Below, piece after piece: positions 1 through 8,000 of a stretch of 39,214 nucleotides of DNA (positions are counted from its first letter, which is position 1; each line of letters opens with the position of its first letter). The stretch is from Bacteroidales bacterium. Its GTDB lineage: Bacteria > Bacteroidota > Bacteroidia > Bacteroidales > 4484-276. The notes beneath the pieces were generated by a model that saw nothing but the letters and a program-made list of their open reading frames with translations, searched no databases and was not told the origin of the DNA. A program made the position numbers and the translations under genes. The stretch is taken from the NCBI GenBank assembly GCA_046542305.1, contig JBKHBQ010000003.1, positions 1-39,214 on the forward strand, in the 5' to 3' direction.

Positions 1-60
1 CCGGTAGTGCGCCCCGATACTTCGGGGAGGCCGCGAGTTCGAATCTCGCCATCCCGACCA
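1..60 (+). tRNA. tRNA-Pro-derived sequence, copy 1 (5' end outside the window; non-canonical anticodon arm)
   Basis: Shows the D-loop end CCGGTAGTGC, T-arm GCGAG-TTCGAAT-CTCGC, and acceptor 3' strand CATCCCG + A + CCA (G72/A73 as in tRNA-Pro). The anticodon arm is CCCCG-ATACTT-CGGGG, a 6-nt loop with no NGG anticodon, so it is probably not a decoding tRNA. Confidence 0.7.
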
Positions 61-61
61 G

Positions 62-89
62 GGTCATCGAATAGCGATGGCCTTTTTTT
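62..89 (+). terminator. Intrinsic terminator after tRNA-like copy 1
   Basis: Stem GGTCATCG/CGATGGCC (8 bp, one G-U), loop AATAG, then T7. Confidence 0.75.
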
Positions 90-91
90 GT

Positions 92-364
92 ATGGGTAAA
101 ACGCTTTACATACTGCAAAGTCAAAAAAATGGTCGCTATTATGTGGGCTCGACGGATAATTTCCAGCGGAGATTCACTGAGCATAATGGCGGGCAAACCA
201 AATCGACCAGAAATGGAATCCCCTGGATAGCTGTTTTTAACTTTGAATTCCAAAACTCCACTCACGGGCTGAAAGCAGAACGGCGGATTAAGTCTTTGAA
301 AAGCAAAAAAATTATTCAGGGTCTGATAAACCATACCATAGCTATTTCTGATTTGGTAGAATAG
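92..364 (+). CDS. Small GIY-YIG nuclease family protein (UPF0213/YhbQ-like), about 90 aa
   Basis: LYIL...YYVGST...RRFTEHN...AERRIK matches the GIY-YIG core (two beta motifs, catalytic Arg, His and Glu). The ATG at 92 is preferred over 77, which lies inside the terminator stem. Confidence 0.88.
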   Translation: MGKTLYILQSQKNGRYYVGSTDNFQRRFTEHNGGQTKSTRNGIPWIAVFNFEFQNSTHGLKAERRIKSLKSKKIIQGLINHTIAISDLVE

Positions 365-433
365 TAGCGCAGCCCGGTAGTGCGCCCCGATACTTCGGGG
401 AGGCCGCGAGTTCGAATCTCGCCATCCCAACAA
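365..433 (+). pseudogene. tRNA-Pro-derived copy 2 lacking the 5' acceptor strand and CCA
   Basis: Begins TAGCGCAGCCCGGTAGTGC (tRNA position 8 onward, D-stem GCGC/GTGC) directly after the GIY-YIG stop codon. The upstream AGAATAG cannot pair with CATCCCA, and it ends CAA rather than CCA. Confidence 0.8.
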
Positions 434-434
434 C

Positions 435-463
435 AAAGGCAGTTCTGAAGAGCTGCCTTTTTT
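435..463 (+). terminator. Intrinsic terminator after tRNA-like copy 2
   Basis: AAAGGCAGTTC-TGAA-GAGCTGCCTTT followed by TTT. Confidence 0.8.
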
Positions 464-538
464 CATATCCGGAAGTCAGAATGGATCGCAGTTTATGCTA
501 AATTATTCCGGAACCATTATTTAATAGCTAATTCAACG

Positions 539-574
539 AAAAAAGGCAGGTCCGTAAAAAACCTGCCTTTTTTT
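539..574 (-). terminator. Bidirectional terminator ending the T9SS cluster transcript
   Basis: A6-GGCAGGT-N9-ACCTGCC-T7, about 20 nt downstream of the stop at 594. Confidence 0.8.
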
Positions 575-593
575 ATGGTATTAAAACCTGTTT

Positions 594-3500
594 TTACCTG
601 ATGATCACTTTTTCGATCAGGCTGGTAGTTTCGTTGGTGAGCTTGATAAAGTAAACACCTTCGGGCTGGCTGCTCAGATCGAGCGTGCTGCTTCCGTTTA
701 TGCGTTCGCTGCGGATGAGCTGACCCTGCGCATTGGTTACCTCAACATCGAAGGTTCCGTTGATGTCGATGTTGAAGAGGCCGTTGCCCGGGTTCGGGTA
801 GATGCTGTAGGCAGCCTGCTGTTCGCCAATGCCGGTGGCGCCGGCTTTCAGGTCGGTGATCATGGAGAGTCCGTTTTCAACGAACAGTCCGTCGTGCTGC
901 GGCAGGTTCATGTTGTAAACTGCCATCACTTCGGTTTCCTCACCCTGGCTGAAGATCCTGTAGCTGATCTTCTCCATGGCTTTCATACCGTCGATTTCGC
1001 CGGTGGTGGCGTCATCGCCGTAAACGGCAAGCGGCAGCGCGGTTTCGTCACCGCCATAGGTAGCCATACCTACACAGATTCCATCGGTATTGAAAGCGCC
1101 AATGACGTCACCGGCTTCAAGTTGTTGCAGCGCGGTCTCAGCAATCGACACGATGTGCTGGTTTCCGGTAGAAACGGCATCGTTCCAGGTGGTATTGTTG
1201 ATTGCCGGCACCGGACGGGATGCATTGCGAATCGCCGGAACGAAGTACTCGAGCGTAACTTCGTAGTTCACCCTGGCAAGATACGCATAGCCCGGGAAGA
1301 GCGTTTCGAGTGAGCCGTTCATTCCCGGCAGGATACCGCCACCCGGCCAGTACACACCGCCGTAGTGAATATCGAACATGAATTCGATGGCGTCGCCCAG
1401 CGGCATAATTACATCTTCAACTGATACCGGTCCTTCGCTTAATACAGGAATGAAGTAGGTTCCAGGCTGCAGCACCACGTCACGGGTTTCAGGATATTCA
1501 CCCGGGAATACAAAATAGGTGTCGTCGTCGAATTTGGCTTTATAGCCTTTATAGGTATCCCATTCGCCGATGGTGTTGATGTTCTGGCCGGGCCAGAAAA
1601 TTCCCTGCTGCCCGAGCATGATCATAAAGTTTTTGTATGCCGGGGCAAACAGTTCTTCGAGCATCATTTTATCTTCAATCACCAGGTTGCTGGAAATTCC
1701 GTTCCAACCTTCTTCGTACCAAACGGGAAGTGCCGGATTTTCGTTGCAGCCCATTCCGGGAGTAGCATACATCCCTTCATCCTCGCTGATGGCAGCCAGG
1801 TAGGTTGATACTGACCAGCTTGCCGGGTCGTTATTTTCCAGTGTCATGTCGCAGTAAGTCAGTGACGGGCCTTCGCCATCGGTCACCGGATACCAGTCGC
1901 CGCCATCGTCGTAATCAACATAGGCGCGTACCTGTCCGTTGTTATCGGTCAGTTCGATGTCTTCACCGCCGTTGCTCAGACCGCCGCTAAACTGGTAGGA
2001 ATTCACTCCGAACAACGCAAGGAATTCATCGGTATTGGCAGAAACCACTACATATTCGCCCGGTGCAATGAAGTGCTCGGGGAAGGTAAAGCTAACACCC
2101 TGGGTGATCTCCCAATCCTGAAGGTTTACAGTGCCTTCGCCGTTGTTGTAGAATTCAACAAATTCATAGTATTGGTAATGATTCGGCGGGTTGTACATGA
2201 TTTCGGTGATGCGTATGTCGATGGGCGGGATGATGGAGAAGAAATCATCGCTGTAATCATCGAGCCCGCCATTGGTGGCAGTGATATGGATCTTGTAGTT
2301 ATCGCCGTAATCCTGTACCACGTTCCATGTATACGAACCGTTATCTACCGGCACTTCGGTGGCGAGTACTTCCACGTCACTGTTGATTTCGTTCACCAGT
2401 TCGATATCGATGGTTCCTTCATAGTCAAAGGCAGACCAGGTGATCTCGAACTCGGTGTTTTGTTCTATCTGTTCGCCGCCATTGGGATTGAGCACGAGCA
2501 ATGACGGAGGAACAACGATATCGTCCAGGCTGCGGCTGGTGATGAAGTTGCCGTTGAAGCGCGAATTGCAGATGCCGGTGATGTTGCTCGGCGCCGGGGG
2601 AACAGGCGTGCCGATATAATTTACATCATAGAAGGTGGTTCTGAAGGTCCCTTCGGCTTTGCTTGCATCGCTGATCGGATATTCGGTTCCGGTTTCAAAC
2701 AGCTCGCCACCATCGGCAAATATCACATCAAGAATCTGAACCAGCTCGGCTTCGTATTCTTCGAAATTGGTCACCATTTCGTTGATGGTGATCACCTCGG
2801 GGGTAATCACATTTCCGGTGGATGTGGGAGCTCCGGGATCGAGCGCCGGAACAAACTGAAGCATGTTTCCGTATTCGTTGAGCGTTCCGATAAGTCCCGT
2901 AATGCCATCACCCACTTCATATGCCGTGGTGATCACACCTGAATTGTCGTCGATCAGAATGGCTGCCGAAGCGTCCTGTACATATTTTTGATTCCTGAAG
3001 TCCTGCTGGAAAGTCAGCACCACTTCGCCGGTTACTTCGTAGTACATCACATCCGATGTAAACATCGCACGCAGTTCGGCAAGGTTGGCCACCTGGGTCA
3101 CATCCTCGAAATTGAGCGTGACTTCGCTTACAAAGCTGGTCTGATATCCGGGGGCGTAGGCAATGGCTTTTACTGTTGTATTGGTGCTAACATTGATCGG
3201 CCCGGTATATTCCATTGAAGTGTTATCCGGATCGGAGCCATCGGTGGTGTAATATATTACCGCATTAGCTGTGGCAGAGGAGATCTCCAGGTCGAAAGCC
3301 GAAAAATAGGTACCTGACGGATGCGAGAATGAAGGCATCTCTGCTACCGGTGTGCCACCGCATACGGCAACGTGGAAACCAAGTTCGCTCCAGTAATCCT
3401 GAGGCTGAACGATCCACTCTGAATTGTCGGCATCTGTACCTGCCGAGCTTGCCCAGTCGGCATTTGGTGCACAGATGGTGGATTTACGTATAAGTGTGTG

Positions 3501-4940
3501 CTCGGCGGTGGCGTTGGATACACCGGCAACTTCCCATCCGCTTCCGGGATCAGGGCCATCCTGTCCGACACCGTCGATGATTTCCCAACCATCAGGTGTG
3601 TTTTTCGACAGGCCTACAGCGTCATCGCCATTATAAAAAGTGAGGGCGCTGGTTTCGTCGGCTCGATCGAGAATGTATGCGTCTGCATTTGCATTGGCGA
3701 TTACATATACATCACCATGGTCGAGGATTCCACTCAGCGGATAAACATTTTCTGTCCATTCGCCGCCATTGGCAATACGGTGCACGTTGTAGTTCGAGAG
3801 ATCAACAGGTGCGCCGGTTCCGTTAAAGATTTCCACATACTTGTTGTTGCTCGAACCTTCGGCATATTCCGAAATGAAAAGATCGGCGGTACCACCTTCG
3901 CAGGGACTACAGGCGGCGTAGCAAACAGGATCGAGAATACTGTTTGCTTCGGGGACAATCAGATACCTGTTAAAACCCAGGGCACACTCGCCCGGTACGC
4001 TTTCATCTTCGCCCCATTCGTCGCCGTTGATGAATTTGTATTCAATGCAGGCGCCCTTATCCAGGGTAGTGGTGTAGGTGTACACGCCATTACCGGCATC
4101 AATCATGGGTGTATCGCCCGGTGCCCAGTTCTGGAAACTACCTACGATGTGCACGCCTTCGGGGGAGACGGTTTCGTTGTTCATATCCACCTGAAAGGTA
4201 ACATCTACGGTTCCGAGGGTGCAATCGGTGCAGCTTGCGAAGCAAACCACATCAACTACAAGGTCTTCATCGGGCACGGACAGGTATCTGTTGCCATTGG
4301 AGTTGCAACATCCTGGCACCGATTCATCTCCACCCCATGCATTTCCGTTGATAAATTTATACTCGATATACTCGCCTACCGGAAGCGATGTGGTGTAGGT
4401 GTACACAGCATCGTAAGCAAGGGTCATTTCGGTAGCGGCAGGATCCCATCCCTGGAAACTTCCGGCGATATGAACCGGACCGGGAACAGTTTGCTGGGCC
4501 ATATTTACCTGAAAAGTAACATCTACTTCGGGAGGTGCACAAACTGTGCAGCTTCCGAAACAAACCGCTTCGAGTACCATGGGGTCGGTGCCTACATTGA
4601 TAAAACGATTGCCGTTCTGGCTACAACCGCCTGGTATATTTTCATCGGAGCCCCATGCATTCCCATTCACATATTTAAACTCGTAATATCCTTCAGGAAG
4701 GGTCACCGTAATGGCATAAACCGTAGTGGCCCCCACCTGGGTAAGTTCGGTGGTGGAAGGATCCCAGTCGCCGGGATAGCCTGCTTCGTCCTGGAAGCTT
4801 CCGGCCACATGCACCCCGTCGGGTGATATTGCATCTTCATTGGCCATGTCAACCTGAAAGGTTACATCGACCTGCGCAAAAGTAAAGGCAGTGAATCCAC
4901 TCACCAGCAAGATGATGATCAAAAGTGAGATTTTTTTCAT
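594..4940 (-). CDS. T9SS type A-sorted protein D (1448 aa): signal peptide, 3x Cys-containing CBM20/48-like repeats, LTD, chitobiase/beta-hexosaminidase C-terminal-like domain, OB-fold-like region, Kre9-type Ig, LTD, GWxGISS module, CTD
   Basis: Signal peptide MKKISLL...AFTFAQ; repeats VTFQVDM..HxAGSFQ.W.P..YKFINGxxWG; LFISEYAEGSSNNKYVEIFN and ITEIMYNP (LTD); IYYTTDGSDP; C-terminal IYPNP...GVYFIKL...KVII. Confidence 0.9.
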   Translation of the reverse strand: MKKISLLIIILLVSGFTAFTFAQVDVTFQVDMANEDAISPDGVHVAGSFQDEAGYPGDWDPSTTELTQVGATTVYAITVTLPEGYYEFKYVNGNAWGSDENIPGGCSQNGNRFINVGTDPMVLEAVCFGSCTVCAPPEVDVTFQVNMAQQTVPGPVHIAGSFQGWDPAATEMTLAYDAVYTYTTSLPVGEYIEYKFINGNAWGGDESVPGCCNSNGNRYLSVPDEDLVVDVVCFASCTDCTLGTVDVTFQVDMNNETVSPEGVHIVGSFQNWAPGDTPMIDAGNGVYTYTTTLDKGACIEYKFINGDEWGEDESVPGECALGFNRYLIVPEANSILDPVCYAACSPCEGGTADLFISEYAEGSSNNKYVEIFNGTGAPVDLSNYNVHRIANGGEWTENVYPLSGILDHGDVYVIANANADAYILDRADETSALTFYNGDDAVGLSKNTPDGWEIIDGVGQDGPDPGSGWEVAGVSNATAEHTLIRKSTICAPNADWASSAGTDADNSEWIVQPQDYWSELGFHVAVCGGTPVAEMPSFSHPSGTYFSAFDLEISSATANAVIYYTTDGSDPDNTSMEYTGPINVSTNTTVKAIAYAPGYQTSFVSEVTLNFEDVTQVANLAELRAMFTSDVMYYEVTGEVVLTFQQDFRNQKYVQDASAAILIDDNSGVITTAYEVGDGITGLIGTLNEYGNMLQFVPALDPGAPTSTGNVITPEVITINEMVTNFEEYEAELVQILDVIFADGGELFETGTEYPISDASKAEGTFRTTFYDVNYIGTPVPPAPSNITGICNSRFNGNFITSRSLDDIVVPPSLLVLNPNGGEQIEQNTEFEITWSAFDYEGTIDIELVNEINSDVEVLATEVPVDNGSYTWNVVQDYGDNYKIHITATNGGLDDYSDDFFSIIPPIDIRITEIMYNPPNHYQYYEFVEFYNNGEGTVNLQDWEITQGVSFTFPEHFIAPGEYVVVSANTDEFLALFGVNSYQFSGGLSNGGEDIELTDNNGQVRAYVDYDDGGDWYPVTDGEGPSLTYCDMTLENNDPASWSVSTYLAAISEDEGMYATPGMGCNENPALPVWYEEGWNGISSNLVIEDKMMLEELFAPAYKNFMIMLGQQGIFWPGQNINTIGEWDTYKGYKAKFDDDTYFVFPGEYPETRDVVLQPGTYFIPVLSEGPVSVEDVIMPLGDAIEFMFDIHYGGVYWPGGGILPGMNGSLETLFPGYAYLARVNYEVTLEYFVPAIRNASRPVPAINNTTWNDAVSTGNQHIVSIAETALQQLEAGDVIGAFNTDGICVGMATYGGDETALPLAVYGDDATTGEIDGMKAMEKISYRIFSQGEETEVMAVYNMNLPQHDGLFVENGLSMITDLKAGATGIGEQQAAYSIYPNPGNGLFNIDINGTFDVEVTNAQGQLIRSERINGSSTLDLSSQPEGVYFIKLTNETTSLIEKVIIR

Positions 4941-4992
4941 ACGTCAGAAATTTTAATGAATAATTAATTTTTTTCGATTGATATTGTTTAGT

Positions 4993-5041
4993 AAAAAAAA
5001 GTGCCGGTAATCCAGTCAATTACTGACCGGATCACCAGCAC
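4993..5041 (-). terminator. Long hairpin plus U8 between genes C and D
   Basis: On the minus strand GTGCTGGTGATCCGGTCA-GTAAT-TGACTGGATTACCGGCAC-T8: 18 bp with three G-U pairs that form only in this orientation. Confidence 0.8.
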
Positions 5042-5049
5042 CATTTCGT

Positions 5050-8000
5050 TTATTTTCTGATAAAATTTAAGGTTTCCTGTACTCCTGAACTACGGTTGAC
5101 AAATTTAATAAAATAATAACCCTTGTTCAGGCTGCTGATATTGATTGCGGCTTGTTGTCCGGCGATTTCGCCACTGTAAACCTTCTGCCCGAGCGACGAA
5201 TAAATCTCCACATCGGTATACACCGCCCCGGAAAGGCTGATATGCAGAACGTCGGCAGCTGGATTGGGCCAGATACTGATGTCGGCATGAGCAGGCTGAT
5301 CGATTCCGGTAGTTCCCATGGTCAGGTTGGTAACGTAGGAAATGCCGTGGGTGGTAAAGTCACCTGCATCGGCATAGCTCAGATCATATTCTGCCAGCAC
5401 TTCAAAAGTCTCGCCGGTTGACTGGCGATAAACAGCAAAGCTGAATTGCTCCTCCTCTGCAAATCCGTCAACATCTGAAGTGTATACATCATCACCCCAA
5501 ACCATCATGGCTGCCTGCTGACCGTTAACTTCCAGAATACCTGCGCAATACCCGTTTTCTGTAAGTGCAGCAATCAGGTCGCCTTCACGCAATGATGCAA
5601 AAGCGGCCTCACTGAATCCGATGGCATGCGATACAGCGGCAGGTGCAACGGGATTCCAAACGGTTTCGGCTTGCGTACTCTGCTGGGGCTGCGGAATGCT
5701 GAATTTTGCAGCACAATCCGGGAACGTAACAACAGTGTTTGCGCTCACTTTAATAAAGTAGGCGTTACCGGGCATAAGGTAATCGAGCGTAAAGATACCG
5801 CCACCGGGCCAGTAAATCTTATCGCTGCCCATTTCTTTCACAAAGATCAGGTCGGTAAGTCCGCCGAACAAGGCTGCGGCATCAACCGGGCATTCGCTCA
5901 GCACGGGCAGTGAGTTCCAGCCTTCATTCAGATCCACGTTCTTATCAGTAACCGTGGGACCATAAATCACATGATAGCGGGGCTCATCCATCTTAAGCTG
6001 GTATCCTTTTTCATAATTCCAGTTTACGATGGTATTCACGTTGTAAAGCGGGAAGTAAATGCTGTTGAAATCCTGCATGACCGTAAGGTCTTCTACGATC
6101 AGATCCATCATAGGTTCGATGGAAGGATCGGTAGGCAGGACGTATGAAGAAATGCCCGTCCATCCGCCTGAGATCAGGATGCCCTGAGCGGGAAGCAGGA
6201 AGTTGGCCGCACCCGGGCTGCCATAAATCGGATACCCTTCGGCATTCAGCACGGTGTTCTGGGTTTCGGCCTTCCAGCTATCGGCGAGGCTGTTGTCCAG
6301 CGCCGGATCGAGCAGTGCCAGCGAGGGACCGTATTCATCCGGAGCTACAGGCCATGCGCCGCCGTCGTCATAGTCTACGTAATCGATTTGCTCGCCCAGG
6401 TGGTTGCGCAGGTCGATGTCTTCACCGCCATTGCTCAGACCACCTGAAGTCCATTCCAAGGCAACCACGCCAAATGTATTAAACATCACATCGGCATCAA
6501 CAGCTACCAGCACATATTCGCCGGCACCAAGCATATAATCGGGGAAAGTATAATTAATCCCCTCAAGGAAATACCATCCCTCGAGGTTAACTGCTACATC
6601 GCCATTGTTGTAAAGCTCGATGTACTCAAGGCTGTCGATACCACTTTCAGGCGGGTTGTACATAATTTCGTTAATGACCACATCCGGAAGTTGTGCAGCC
6701 GGAACGATCGAGAATGTACCATCGCTTTCATCCATGGGTTCGCCGTCTTCAACATCCGAAATACGTATGATATACCCATCGCCGACGACTTGTGTTACGA
6801 GCCAGTCATAACTGCCATCCGTCACCGGCACATTGTCTGCGATAACAGAAGCTGTTGCTTTTTCCGGAGTCAGCAGTTCGATCATAACATATCCTTCGAA
6901 ATTGGCCCAGGTCCATGTAATGTTGAAGGTGCTGCCCTGCTGGATGGTCTCACCACCGTTGGGATCGGTTACCGTAATCACCGGTTCCACCGGGAAGTTT
7001 TCTGCACCCGGGGATCCTCCGTCCTGCAGGCTGGCTGCCCAACTTTCAGGAAGGCTGTTGTCGATGGTGGGTACCAGCAGCGACAGGGAGGGTCCGTCAC
7101 CATCGGGCTCCGTGGGCCAGGGCGAACCATCTTCGTATGATACAATATCCACCAGTTGACCTACCGGATCGAAAAGCCTTACATCATCACCACTGTTACC
7201 AAGGCTCCACTGGGCATCGCCAACGAAATCGGGGGTAAATGGCAGCGGAGGTGCCAGCAATTCGAGCGACACGGTGAAATACTGCCCGGGAGCAATGCTG
7301 TATCCGTCAGGAAAAACTACCGGGATGTGCGAATCATTATCATCGAGGATATAAAATCCCTCCAGGTCGACGGTAAAGGCTTCGTTGTTGTAAATCTCGA
7401 TCCATTCGTTGTCGTAGCTGGGTGTGTTGTACATAATCTCCGTGATCACCAGGTCGGGGGCGGCTGCCGGTTCGATGATGCTGAACGGGGCATCGCTTTC
7501 ATCGGAAGGTGTGCCTGTTGACACATCGGAAATAATTACCGTATAGTTGATGCCCGGGGTTTGATCGGCAGGAATCTCCCACTCGTACGATCCCTGCGCA
7601 GCCGGCACGGAAGCTTCGATCAGTGTAGTTTGTGACCCGTCAGAGAGTTCGATCTTCACATCGCCGCTAAAGAATTCTGAAGTCCAGCTAATGGTATGGG
7701 TGGTTCCCTGCGCCCAAACCTCGCCGCCATTGGGTTCAAGTACGGTAATGGCGGGAACGACAAATTCAACGATTGAAAATACACCGTCACTCTCGTCCAT
7801 GGGCATGCCATCGTCCATATCGGAGATTTTTATTTTGTAATTATCGCCGACAGGTTGATCAGAAGGAACTTCCCAATCCCAGAGCCCGTCGGTAACCGGA
7901 ATATTTTCTGCGAGCACTTCGCGGTTTTTTGTATCGGTGATCAGTTCGATTTTGATCAACCCGTTAAATCCGAAATAATCCCAGGTAATGGATACCGAAG

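Larger units (their letters stand above)
1..428 (+). repeat. 55-bp exact direct repeat (1-55 and 374-428) bracketing the GIY-YIG gene
   Basis: ccggtagtgcgccccgatacttcggggaggccgcgagttcgaatctcgccatccc occurs at both positions, offset 373 bp. It is followed by gacca in copy 1 and aacaa in copy 2. Confidence 0.97.

Noticed and set aside
12-27. tRNA-like copies as amber suppressors for the TAG in gene A
   Set aside because: The loop ATACTT contains no CTA and is 6 nt; nothing links the two features.
1-433. CRISPR array or integrase att site interpretation of the direct repeat
   Set aside because: There are only two copies, the interval is a 318-bp gene-containing segment, the repeat is tRNA-shaped, and no cas or integrase gene is in the window.
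435-574. Two neighbouring hairpins share the AAAGGCAG/CTGCCTTT stem (possible MITE ends)
   Set aside because: The shared part is only 8 bp, and each hairpin is explained as the terminator of a convergent transcript.
3498-4826. 442-aa plus-strand ORF and other antisense ORFs over the T9SS genes
   Set aside because: Shadow frames opposite well-supported genes, with no recognisable motifs.
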